From NCBI GenBank assembly GCA_902583295.1, contig CACHUY010000003.1, positions 694-64,693 of the forward strand: DNA of 64,000 bases, in the 5' to 3' direction. Positions within the stretch are counted from its first letter, which is position 1; each line of letters opens with the position of its first letter. Made by a program: the position numbers and the translations under genes. The stretch comes from an uncultured Pelagibacteraceae bacterium (GTDB lineage Bacteria; Pseudomonadota; Alphaproteobacteria; Pelagibacterales; Pelagibacteraceae). A model generated the notes under the pieces. It did not search any database, was not told the origin of the DNA, and was given only the letters and a program-made list of their open reading frames with translations. This document shows positions 11,190 to 20,693 of the stretch, piece by piece.

Positions 11190-11757
11190 TTTTAATAAGT
11201 TTTAAAATCTTTTTTATTTCATCTTTAACAGATTTTTGGGTAAATCTATTTTTAATAATAAATCTAGAATTTTTTTTTTTAAAAGCAAGTGGAAGTTGAA
11301 TTTCTTTAAATTTATTTATTATTTCTACATTAAAATTTTTTCTTTTCTTTAATTTTCTCAATATATTGGTTTTACTAGACTCAACATAAACCAAAATATC
11401 CTTTTTTTTATTTATTTTATTTTCTAAAAGTAACGGTATATCCAAGATAACAAATTTTTTAGTTTTGTTTTTATTTAAAAAATATCTTAACTTTTTCCTT
11501 ATTTCTTTATGTACTATCTTAATTATTTTTTTTAAATTTAAATTGTTTGCAAGGATTGCATTAGAAAGTTGCACTTTATCTACTGGAAATTCATAAATAT
11601 ATTCAGGAAATATTTTTTTTAATTTTTTATAAACACTTCTATTTTTTTGATATAATTTTGAAACCTCGTAGTCAGCATTAAAAACTGGATATCCAAAATT
11701 TTTAGCAACAAAGCTTTTTCCTGATCCAATCTCACCTAATATCCCGATTCTTATCAT
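11170..11757 (-). CDS. coaE: Dephospho-CoA kinase
   Basis: IGILG.IGSGKS, DIPLLLE motifs; synteny. Confidence 0.9.
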   Translation of the reverse strand: MIRIGILGEIGSGKSFVAKNFGYPVFNADYEVSKLYQKNRSVYKKLKKIFPEYIYEFPVDKVQLSNAILANNLNLKKIIKIVHKEIRKKLRYFLNKNKTKKFVILDIPLLLENKINKKKDILVYVESSKTNILRKLKKRKNFNVEIINKFKEIQLPLAFKKKNSRFIIKNRFTQKSVKDEIKKILKLIKNERNSS

Positions 11758-12548
11758 CGATCTAAAAGTTTTAATGTTGCATCATTTATCGAAGGTTCTA
11801 TACCATGCCACAATTTAAATGCTGAAAATGCTTGATAAATAAACATCAATTTACCATTTTCACATTTATTACCCAATTTTTTACCTGATTTCAAAAAGTT
11901 TGTTTCACTTGGATTATAAATAACATCATAAAATAATTTATTTTTACCAACTTTATTAAAATTTAAATTTATTTTATCGCTTTGGTTTAATCCCAAACTT
12001 GTTGCATTTATTATTACATCAAAATCTGGTGTTTCTCCCCAATTAACTAATTTAATATTATTAAAAATATTTTTAACCTCCTCTGCCTTTCGTTCGGTTC
12101 TGTTACTTATCATAATCTCAGAAAATCCCATTTTAATTGAAGCATAAATAATAGAGGGAACAACCCCCCCTGCCCCTAATATAAAAATTTTTTTATTTTT
12201 TAAGTTAAAATTTATTTTTTGTATTGCTTTTTCAAAGCCTTCAATATCTGTGTTGTGTCCAATTACTTTTTTATTTTTCAAATAGATTGTATTTACTGAA
12301 CGTGTTTTTTTTGCTTCATTACTTAACTCGTCTAAATAAGGTATTATGGCATTTTTAAAGGGTACTGTAACGTTTACACCGTTTATATTTTCTTCTTTAA
12401 CACTTAAAATTAAATCTGCTAAATCGTTATTATTTAATTTTTTTTTTTCATATATTGCATCAAGTCCATTTTGTTTAATCCAATGATTGTGCAATTCGGG
12501 AGACAAAGAATGATTTATTGGATTTCCTATTACTAAATATCTTTTCAT
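11754..12548 (-). CDS. aroE: Shikimate dehydrogenase
   Basis: HSLSP, NVTVPFK, NTD, GAGG, NATSLG motifs. Confidence 0.96.
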   Translation of the reverse strand: MKRYLVIGNPINHSLSPELHNHWIKQNGLDAIYEKKKLNNNDLADLILSVKEENINGVNVTVPFKNAIIPYLDELSNEAKKTRSVNTIYLKNKKVIGHNTDIEGFEKAIQKINFNLKNKKIFILGAGGVVPSIIYASIKMGFSEIMISNRTERKAEEVKNIFNNIKLVNWGETPDFDVIINATSLGLNQSDKINLNFNKVGKNKLFYDVIYNPSETNFLKSGKKLGNKCENGKLMFIYQAFSAFKLWHGIEPSINDATLKLLDR

Positions 12549-13132
12549 CTAATTTCTTTTAAGTACTCTTTAATTTTCTGAATAGGTAGTCCCATTATGG
12601 TATTTTCATCTCCATTTATGTCTGAAAACAATTTCCTTCCCTCACCCTCTATTTGATACACATTGTATGCAAATAACGCACTATCAGAGATTTTCGCAAG
12701 ATAATCTTCAAGTTCTTTTTCAGTAAAATCCTTCATTTTGAGTTTTGCTTTATCTGTATAATTCCAAATCATTGATCCATTTTTAGATATACAAACGGAG
12801 CTTATTAAATGGTGCTCTTTACCATTAAGCTTCTTTAATATTAATAACGCTTCTTTTCTATCCTGTGGCTTTGAAATTAATTCTCCCTCTAAATCAATTA
12901 CACTATCTGCGCCTAATACAATTTGTTCATAATTTTTTGCACTTACTTTATTGGCTTTTAGTTCGGCTAAATTCTTCGAAATGATCTCTGGGGAAGCTCT
13001 TTCATTTAGTAAACTTTCCTTAACCATATCTTCATCAACATTTGATGGTTCGACATTACAAGAAATATTATTTTTTTCTAAAATATCTTTTCTAACTTTG
13101 CTTTTAGATGCTAAAATTATATTATTTAGCAT
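12545..13132 (-). CDS. maf: Maf-family nucleoside triphosphate pyrophosphatase
   Basis: IILAS.S..R, LA..KA, GADSV, IMGLP motifs. Confidence 0.92.
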   Translation of the reverse strand: MLNNIILASKSKVRKDILEKNNISCNVEPSNVDEDMVKESLLNERASPEIISKNLAELKANKVSAKNYEQIVLGADSVIDLEGELISKPQDRKEALLILKKLNGKEHHLISSVCISKNGSMIWNYTDKAKLKMKDFTEKELEDYLAKISDSALFAYNVYQIEGEGRKLFSDINGDENTIMGLPIQKIKEYLKEIR

Positions 13133-13949
13133 TATTAGAATATATTTCATGTATTTTAATAATAGACGCGGCTGTTTCTTCTACAGATTTTCTAGTAACA
13201 TCAATGACAGGCCATTTAAATTTTTGAAAAGTCTTTTTTGCTTTTAAAACCTCATCTCTAATGTTATCTAAATTGGTGTATTCTGTGTTGTCTTTTTCTT
13301 TAAGAGAGTTCATTCTATTTTTTCTTAAATCAGCCAATCTTTCAGGCTCGGTACTTAAACCAACAACACAGGTAAAATGAGGATCTTTTTTCAATTTCTC
13401 TGGCAATGAATTTTCATTAACCAAAGGTATATTCGAAGTTCTAAATCCTTTATTTGCAAGATAAATCGATGTTGGAGTTTTGCTTGTTCTGCTAACTCCC
13501 ACCAAAACTATATCTGATTTATGAATATCATTTAAAAGATTACCGTCGTCATGATTCATGGTAAATTGAATAGCTTCAATTCTGTCATAATATTCTTCAT
13601 TTAAAATATGTTGACCGCTTGGTTCGTGAGAAGCTTTTTGATTTAGAATCTTTGAAAAATTTAAGATAAGATTTCCCAAGACACCGAAGCAAGGAATTTT
13701 TTTATCATCACTCGTATTTGCTAAATATTTTGCAAGATTGTTGTCAACAATTGTATATAAGATTATTGAGTTATCATTTGTTTGGGCGTCATCTAAGATT
13801 TTTAAAATTTGATTTTCTGTCCTGGTGAAAGAATACGAATGGATTTTATATTCAATATTTTTAAACTGAGCCTTTAATGCTAAAAAAATTCTTTCTAAAG
13901 TTTCACCCGTAGAGTCTGAAATTAAATATATTTGATATGTATTAACCAT
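13122..13949 (-). CDS. PPDK/PEP synthase regulatory kinase/pyrophosphorylase (DUF299)
   Basis: ISDSTGET, HDDG, GVSRTSKTP, DVTRKSVEETA motifs. Confidence 0.93.
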   Translation of the reverse strand: MVNTYQIYLISDSTGETLERIFLALKAQFKNIEYKIHSYSFTRTENQILKILDDAQTNDNSIILYTIVDNNLAKYLANTSDDKKIPCFGVLGNLILNFSKILNQKASHEPSGQHILNEEYYDRIEAIQFTMNHDDGNLLNDIHKSDIVLVGVSRTSKTPTSIYLANKGFRTSNIPLVNENSLPEKLKKDPHFTCVVGLSTEPERLADLRKNRMNSLKEKDNTEYTNLDNIRDEVLKAKKTFQKFKWPVIDVTRKSVEETAASIIKIHEIYSNNAK

Positions 13950-14219
13950 GGATAAATTGTTAATAAATTTTTATTATTTTAATAAAATTACTCAATTTAA
14001 TTTTTATTCATTTGGCCCCGTAAAATAGGAGTTTTATTAACATTTATAATAAATGAGATCTAACTATACACAAATGTTAACAAAGATCAAAAAATGCTTA
14101 TTTTTGTAAGTTTTATTTAATTATAGATGTGGTTAAAACGTTAATATAATGTTTAAAATAAACAATCATCATATTCCACAGGACATAATACTAATACTAT
14201 AATTATATATAATTTTAAT
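13950..14219. other. oriC: Candidate chromosomal origin of replication (oriC)
   Basis: 270-bp AT-rich gap between DUF299 and hemE, the usual alphaproteobacterial position. DnaA-box-like 9-mers at 13958, 14034, 14064, 14128, 14172; DnaA-trio run at 14186-14200; parS/parAB about 10 kb away. Confidence 0.8.
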
Positions 14220-15221
14220 ATGACACCACTACACGAAGTAATAGTAAATAATAAAACAAGCATTAACCCTGTTTGGATAATGAGACAAGCAGGAAGATAT
14301 TTGCCAGAATTTAGAGAAATAAGAAAAGAAAATCCAAATTTTATTGAGTTGTGTTTAAATTACAAACTATCTTCAAAAATAACTCTTCAACCTATTGAAA
14401 GATTTGACCTCGACGCAGCAATAATATTTTCAGATATTTTAATGTTACCATATGGGTTAAATCAAAAAGTCGATTTTAAAACAAATTTTGGTCCAACTCT
14501 TGGCAATTTAAATATTAACTCAATGGCAAAAATAGATGAAATTGATTTTGTTGAGAAAATTTATCCAGTTTATAAAGCTATAAAATCTGTAAGTTTAGAA
14601 ATGAATTCTAAAAATAAAAGTACAATAGGCTTTGTTGGGGCACCTTGGACGTTGCTTGTTTATATGATAAATCAACAATCGCCAAAAAATAATGTTAAAA
14701 AAGATTTTTTTAAAGATAACTTCTTAATAAACAGACTTTTGCTGATTATCGAAAAATTTCTTAAAATTCATATTAAAAATCAAATTGAAAATGGCGCTAA
14801 TGTTATACAAATTTTTGATAGTTGGGCAGGATTACTTGAGGAAAGAGATTACCCAAATTATATTTACACACCAACTTTAAATTTAGTTGAATACGTAAAA
14901 TCATTAAAAGTTCCGGTGATTTGTTTTCCTAGAGAAATTAAAAATTATAAAGAGTTTTGTGAAGTAGTTAAGCCTAATGCTGTAAATATAGATTATAAGG
15001 TTGACCCTTTAATGATCAGTAAAAATATTAAAATTCCTGTACAGGGTGGCTTAGATCCAAAGATCTTGTTAACAGATAAAGAAAACTTGAAAAAAGAGGT
15101 CCTAAGATATTTGGATATATTTAAAGATCATCCATATATTTTTAATCTTGGCCATGGGATCCTACCAGAAACTAATCCTGATATGGTTGAATTTTTAATA
15201 AAGACAGTGAAAGATAACTAA
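14220..15221 (+). CDS. hemE: Uroporphyrinogen decarboxylase
   Basis: PVWIMRQAGRYLPE, AAIIFSDIL, QIFDSW, FNLGHGI motifs. Confidence 0.97.
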   Translation: MTPLHEVIVNNKTSINPVWIMRQAGRYLPEFREIRKENPNFIELCLNYKLSSKITLQPIERFDLDAAIIFSDILMLPYGLNQKVDFKTNFGPTLGNLNINSMAKIDEIDFVEKIYPVYKAIKSVSLEMNSKNKSTIGFVGAPWTLLVYMINQQSPKNNVKKDFFKDNFLINRLLLIIEKFLKIHIKNQIENGANVIQIFDSWAGLLEERDYPNYIYTPTLNLVEYVKSLKVPVICFPREIKNYKEFCEVVKPNAVNIDYKVDPLMISKNIKIPVQGGLDPKILLTDKENLKKEVLRYLDIFKDHPYIFNLGHGILPETNPDMVEFLIKTVKDN

Positions 15222-16220
15222 ATGGAAATTGATAATAATCATCCACCTATTAAGTTTGGAAAGACGGGTGTCCTTATTGTTAATTTAGGAACTCCAGATT
15301 CAACAAATTGGTTCGATATTAGAAAATACTTAAAAGAGTTTTTATCTGATAAAAGAGTAATTGAAGTAAATCCTATAATTTGGCAATTAATTTTAAATTT
15401 ATTTATTCTAACTTTTAGGCCATCTAAAACAGCAAAAGCGTACAAAGAGATTTGGATGAAAAAAGAAAATATGTCTCCTCTATTATATTATACTCAAAGA
15501 CAATGTGAAAAAATTTCCCATTCAATATTGAGAGAAAATTTAATTATAGACTTTGGCATGAGATATGGGAACCCAAGTATAAAAAGTAAAATACATAAAC
15601 TTCAGGAAGAAGGTTGTGAGAATCTGGTCATACTGCCTCTTTACCCACAATATGCAGCAGCAACAACGGCGACAGTATGCGATGAAGTTTATAGAACTTT
15701 AATGCAAATGAGATGGCAGCCTTCTTTAAAAATTATTCCTCATTATGAGTCCGATCCGCTTTATATAGATGCATTAGTTAAATCTATTAATAAAAAAGTG
15801 AGTGAAATTAACTGGAAACCAGATTTAATTATTGCATCCTATCATGGCATTCCTAAAAAATATTTTGATAAAGGTGACCCTTATCATTGTTACTGTCATA
15901 AAACGACTAGATTAATCTCAGAGAAGTTTAACGCAATAAAAATTAAAACCACATTCCAGTCTAGATTTGGACCACAAGAATGGTTGCAGCCTTATACGGA
16001 TAAAACTCTGGAGAGCTTGCCAGCAGAAGGAAAAAAAAATATACTTACAATTTGTCCAGGTTTCTCTTCTGATTGTGTAGAAACTTTAGAAGAAATTTTA
16101 ATTCAAGGTAAAGAAAGCTTCTTAAATTCTGGAGGTGAAAACTTTGATATGGTTCCGTGTTTAAATGACAACAATGATCACATAAATTTACTGAGATCTT
16201 TAATAGAAAAAAATATTTAA
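15222..16220 (+). CDS. hemH: Ferrochelatase
   Basis: NLGTP, PLYPQY, SYHGIP, QSRFG..WLQP, DCVETLEE motifs. Confidence 0.97.
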   Translation: MEIDNNHPPIKFGKTGVLIVNLGTPDSTNWFDIRKYLKEFLSDKRVIEVNPIIWQLILNLFILTFRPSKTAKAYKEIWMKKENMSPLLYYTQRQCEKISHSILRENLIIDFGMRYGNPSIKSKIHKLQEEGCENLVILPLYPQYAAATTATVCDEVYRTLMQMRWQPSLKIIPHYESDPLYIDALVKSINKKVSEINWKPDLIIASYHGIPKKYFDKGDPYHCYCHKTTRLISEKFNAIKIKTTFQSRFGPQEWLQPYTDKTLESLPAEGKKNILTICPGFSSDCVETLEEILIQGKESFLNSGGENFDMVPCLNDNNDHINLLRSLIEKNI

Positions 16221-16223
16221 AAG

Positions 16224-16658
16224 ATGAATACTTATTTGTTGTTTAAATCTTTACATTTAATAGCCGTTATTTCGTGGATGGCTGGTCTTTTGTATCTTCC
16301 AAGAATTTTTGTTTATCATACAGAAAATAATTCAGAGGCAAAAGTTTCTACAGTTCTTAAAATTATGGAAAAAAAACTATATTTTTATATAATGACCCCA
16401 GCAATGACACTATCTTGGTTGTTTGGACTATTGCTTATCCACAGCATTGGTTTCCAACAGCTTGGCCAAAAATGGATGTTGTTAAAGCTGCTATTTGTAA
16501 TTATTCTCACTTTTTATCATTTTTATTTAGGTAAATTACTTGGCAAATTTCAGACAGATAGAAATCAACATTCCCATAAGTTTTATCGTTATATTAATGA
16601 AATACCCACAATACTTCTTATTTTAATCATTTTTGTTGTTATTTTTAAACCAATCTAG
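16224..16658 (+). CDS. hemJ: Protoporphyrinogen oxidase HemJ
   Basis: KSLHLIAVISWMAGLLYLPRIFVYH, NEIPT, KP C-terminus. Confidence 0.95.
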   Translation: MNTYLLFKSLHLIAVISWMAGLLYLPRIFVYHTENNSEAKVSTVLKIMEKKLYFYIMTPAMTLSWLFGLLLIHSIGFQQLGQKWMLLKLLFVIILTFYHFYLGKLLGKFQTDRNQHSHKFYRYINEIPTILLILIIFVVIFKPI

Positions 16659-16724
16659 GGTTGAAAAAAAACTTAGAGCATATATATTAATCATATCTGA
16701 TAAGTCCTTATCAAATATTTAATC

Positions 16725-17993
16725 ATGAACATACAAGAATTAAAACTAAAATCATCTGAACAACTGATCACCCAAGCTGAACAACTTGGTATTGAAAATG
16801 CAAGCACCTTGAGAAAGCAAGAAATTCTTTTTGCCATCTTAAAGAAAGTTGCTGAGAAAGAAGAAATTACTGGAGTTGGAGTTTTACAATTATTGCAAGA
16901 TGGATTTGGTTTTTTAAGAGCAATGGAGTCAAATTATTTACCAGGCCCTGATGATATATATGTTAGCCCAAGTCAAATCAGAAAATTTGGACTCAGGACG
17001 GGCGATACTGTTGAGGGCCCTGTTCGAGCACCAAAAGAAGGTGAAAGATATTTTGCATTACTACAAGTTAGTAAAATTAATTTTGAAGAGCCAGAAAAAG
17101 CAAGACACAAAATTGCATTCGATAACCTTACTCCACTCTATCCTGATAAACAGTTAGTGATGGAAGTTGAAACCACCAAGGTAGAAAAAAAAGTAGATCT
17201 AACCCCAAGATTAATAGATTTAGTCAGTCCAATAGGAAAGGGTCAAAGATCAATTATCATTTCTCCCCCAAAAGCTGGAAAAACAATGATTTTACAGAGT
17301 ATTGCTAATTCGATAGCTAAAAATTATCCAGAATGTTACCTAATGGTTCTGTTGATTGATGAACGTCCGGAAGAAGTAACAGACATGCAAAGAACTGTAA
17401 AAGGTGAAGTAATAAGCTCTACTTTTGATGAACCAGCTCAAAGGCATGTTGCAGTGGCTGAGATGGTTATTGAAAAAGCAAAAAGATTAACTGAGCACAA
17501 AAAAGATGTCATTATATTATTAGACTCTATAACAAGATTAGGAAGAGCTTATAACGCTGTGATACCAAGCTCAGGAAAAGTTTTGACTGGAGGTGTAGAT
17601 GCAAATGCACTTCAAAGACCAAAAAGGTTTTTTGGTGCTGCGAGAAATATTGAAGAAGGAGGTTCATTAACAATTATTTCAACTGCATTAATTGATACAG
17701 GAAGTAGAATGGACGAAGTAATTTTTGAAGAATTTAAAGGAACAGGTAATAGTGAGACAATACTTGATAGGAAAATTGCAGACAAAAGAATTTATCCTGC
17801 AATTGATATAACTAAATCAGGAACAAGGAGAGAAGAGTTATTATTTGATAAAAATGATTTACAAAAAATGAATGTGCTTAGAAGAATAATTGCTCCAATG
17901 GGGACAATGGACGCTATTGAATTTATTAATTCAAAATTAAAAGATACCAAGAATAATGCTGAGTTTTTTAACTCAATGAACAAACCTGCTTAA
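16725..17993 (+). CDS. rho: Transcription termination factor Rho
   Basis: [32 protein letters not shown] motifs. Confidence 0.98.
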   Translation: MNIQELKLKSSEQLITQAEQLGIENASTLRKQEILFAILKKVAEKEEITGVGVLQLLQDGFGFLRAMESNYLPGPDDIYVSPSQIRKFGLRTGDTVEGPVRAPKEGERYFALLQVSKINFEEPEKARHKIAFDNLTPLYPDKQLVMEVETTKVEKKVDLTPRLIDLVSPIGKGQRSIIISPPKAGKTMILQSIANSIAKNYPECYLMVLLIDERPEEVTDMQRTVKGEVISSTFDEPAQRHVAVAEMVIEKAKRLTEHKKDVIILLDSITRLGRAYNAVIPSSGKVLTGGVDANALQRPKRFFGAARNIEEGGSLTIISTALIDTGSRMDEVIFEEFKGTGNSETILDRKIADKRIYPAIDITKSGTRREELLFDKNDLQKMNVLRRIIAPMGTMDAIEFINSKLKDTKNNAEFFNSMNKPA

Positions 17994-18033
17994 TTTTATT
18001 CAATTAAAAACCAAATTGTATTATTATTGCTAA

Positions 18034-19728
18034 ATGGATCTTTCCAGTTTAGAGAAAAAAATTAATAATTTATTCCTTGAAAAAAAATATAATGAGTTAA
18101 TCGAATTAACAGAAAAATCTACAATTCCAAATAAAAGGCCAGCTAGCATGACCAATATAATTGGAATAAGTAAAATTCTTAAAAAAAACAGAACAGAAGA
18201 AGATGTCAGCTCTTCCTTGGAATTATTTAAAGAAACTTTTATTAATGGAGATCAATCAGTTCATTCATTAAACGGACTGATACACTTAATATCAATTTCT
18301 ATCCAATTTACACCTAAATATAAATATTTATCTAAGTTTTTGTATTTAGCAGAAAATTATTATCGAAATGCGGAAAAAAATTTTAGTAATGATGAGAGAT
18401 TTCTAACAACTGGTTTGGATTTATTTGTATATTTGTTAAAATTTAATGAAGTTCAAAGAATATTTAAAAAACTTTTGTCTTTGGATAAATTATCAAAATC
18501 TTCAGTTTCCGCATATCTTTTTAATAAAAATTATTTAGAAGATTTTTCACAAAAAAATCATTTCGAAGCTACAAAAAAGTACAATAAATATTTCCCAAAA
18601 TTAAATGTTAAAAATTTAATTAAAAAAAATTTCGACTCAAGTACTAAAATCAATATTGGCTTTGTCAGTCAGGACTATAGGTATAATCATCCAATCATTT
18701 TTTTTATAAAAGATATAATTAGAAAATTAGATCGCACTAAATTCAAAGTTTATCTATTTTCCTTTTCAAAAAAAAATCTTGAAGATCAAAGTCAAAATGA
18801 ATTAAGAAACTCTGCAGATAAATGGTATGACCTAGAAAATCTTGACAATCAAAAATCGGTTGAATTAATTCAAAAAAATGAGATCAAAATTTTAGTTGAT
18901 TTAATGGGTTTCACTGCACCAAATAGAATCGAAATTTTTAATTCAAGAGTATCTCCATTGCAAATTTCTATGATAGCATATTGTAATACACTTGGATTTG
19001 ATACATTGGATTTTTTAATAACCGATAAAAATTTAATATTAGCAAACGAAGAAAATTTTTATTCAGAAAAAATTATTAAATTACCAAATATTTGGAATTC
19101 ACATTCTGGTTTTAAATATGAGAGAAGTTTTAATAAATCGCCATATCAGAATTCTGATTATTTTACCTATGGATCTCTAAATAATTTTAAAAAAATTTCT
19201 GATGAAACTATTAACACTTGGTCAAAAATTTTAAAAAAAAATCCTGTTTCTAGACTTTTACTTAAATCCTCAGAACATTGTGATACTAAATATTTGTCAG
19301 GAAAGTTTGAAAAAAAAGGAGTTTTAAAACAAATTGAAATATTGGATAGGGGCGATTTCAAAGATAAGAGAGATCATCTAGAATTATATAATAGAATTGA
19401 TCTGGCACTTGATACGTTTCCCTATAATGGTGTAACAACTTCTTTTGAGGCTTTATGGATGAATGTTCCAGTCCTTGTTTTGAAAGGATATAATTTTAAT
19501 TCAAGATGTGGCGAGAGCATTATGATGAATTCAGGTATAAGTTATTTAATTGCACAAAATCAAGAGGAGTATATCGCAAAAGCTAATCATCTATTTGAAA
19601 ACAAAGAATTGCTGGAAGAAATAAGAATGAGTTTATACGACAATATTATTTCATCACCTTTATTTGATACTTCATTATATACTGAGAATTTAAGTAAGTG
19701 TTTGATAGAGCTGCTTGATAATAAATAG
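18034..19728 (+). CDS. GT41 (OGT/SPINDLY-like) protein glycosyltransferase
   Basis: IGFVSQDY..HP, ILVDLMGFT..NR...F..R..P.Q, YGSLNNFKKI, DLALDTFPYNG.TTS.EALWM.VPVL motifs. Confidence 0.88.
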   Translation: MDLSSLEKKINNLFLEKKYNELIELTEKSTIPNKRPASMTNIIGISKILKKNRTEEDVSSSLELFKETFINGDQSVHSLNGLIHLISISIQFTPKYKYLSKFLYLAENYYRNAEKNFSNDERFLTTGLDLFVYLLKFNEVQRIFKKLLSLDKLSKSSVSAYLFNKNYLEDFSQKNHFEATKKYNKYFPKLNVKNLIKKNFDSSTKINIGFVSQDYRYNHPIIFFIKDIIRKLDRTKFKVYLFSFSKKNLEDQSQNELRNSADKWYDLENLDNQKSVELIQKNEIKILVDLMGFTAPNRIEIFNSRVSPLQISMIAYCNTLGFDTLDFLITDKNLILANEENFYSEKIIKLPNIWNSHSGFKYERSFNKSPYQNSDYFTYGSLNNFKKISDETINTWSKILKKNPVSRLLLKSSEHCDTKYLSGKFEKKGVLKQIEILDRGDFKDKRDHLELYNRIDLALDTFPYNGVTTSFEALWMNVPVLVLKGYNFNSRCGESIMMNSGISYLIAQNQEEYIAKANHLFENKELLEEIRMSLYDNIISSPLFDTSLYTENLSKCLIELLDNK

Positions 19729-19803
19729 TCTCAATCTATTTCTTCTATATTGCAATATAATTTTAAAAATTAAATTTTGAAGAGATAACTCGTTTAGGAT
19801 AAT

Positions 19804-20649
19804 TTATTCCAAATATTTTAGTTCAGTCATTTCTTTATAGAAATTTTTTTCTAGTTTATTTTTAATAAATTCATTGAGATTTTCTTGCCAATTATTTGCT
19901 GGTCCGAGATGAAAAAATTCAACTTTGCTGTGATCTTTTTTATTTATTGCATTTTCTCTGAATAACCCTTTTTGTTCCATTTTTTTGAGATTTTTAAAGG
20001 ATGTTGTTTCTATTATTTTTTTATTTTTGTTAATATTTGTATCTACATCTAAATAATTTTTTAAAAAATTAATTATTTTTTCAAGTTCTTTTTTTGGGTT
20101 TTGGATTAAGTCCTCATATTTAATTAGTAAAAGATCATTTTTATTTCTTGTCCAGGAGCGATAATGATCATTCCATTTTCCTAACAGACATTGCATTCCT
20201 GTTTGATTTTCTTCCCATTTTTTATTGTTACCAATAATTCTAGTTGTGATTAAAAAATTTGAGGCTTGATCCAATGTTAAAGTGAAATGATTAGATATAG
20301 ATGAGACTAATGTTCTTGGGTCCCTCACTATATATATTGTTGCAAGTGTGTTCTGACTGTTAGTGAAACTATCTTTACCAACAGTATATTTGCCTTGGTG
20401 TGTTTTAAGTATCTTAATTTGATTATCTAAATTTATGCTGTCTTGTGCTGTTATCCAATTTTTTTTTATTTCATCAAAGTCATCAAAGTCATCAATTATA
20501 TCTTTAAAATTTTCTTTTACTGGGAATTGTTTTATTTTTTTAATTATTTCAAAATTAAAATTTCCATCATTAGAATATAATAATGATGCGATTATTGCTC
20601 TGACCCAAGTGTTCCCACTTTTTGGATACGATGCTAGCCAAATAATCAT
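19804..20649 (-). CDS. PAPS-dependent sulfotransferase domain protein
   Basis: 5'-PSB loop WLASYPKSGNTW, KTH, 3'-PB YIVRDPR..VSS, IKYEDL. Confidence 0.9.
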   Translation of the reverse strand: MIIWLASYPKSGNTWVRAIIASLLYSNDGNFNFEIIKKIKQFPVKENFKDIIDDFDDFDEIKKNWITAQDSINLDNQIKILKTHQGKYTVGKDSFTNSQNTLATIYIVRDPRTLVSSISNHFTLTLDQASNFLITTRIIGNNKKWEENQTGMQCLLGKWNDHYRSWTRNKNDLLLIKYEDLIQNPKKELEKIINFLKNYLDVDTNINKNKKIIETTSFKNLKKMEQKGLFRENAINKKDHSKVEFFHLGPANNWQENLNEFIKNKLEKNFYKEMTELKYLE

Positions 20650-20693
20650 AATTAAATTTTACACAAATATAAAATAGAAGCTATAATCCTCTC

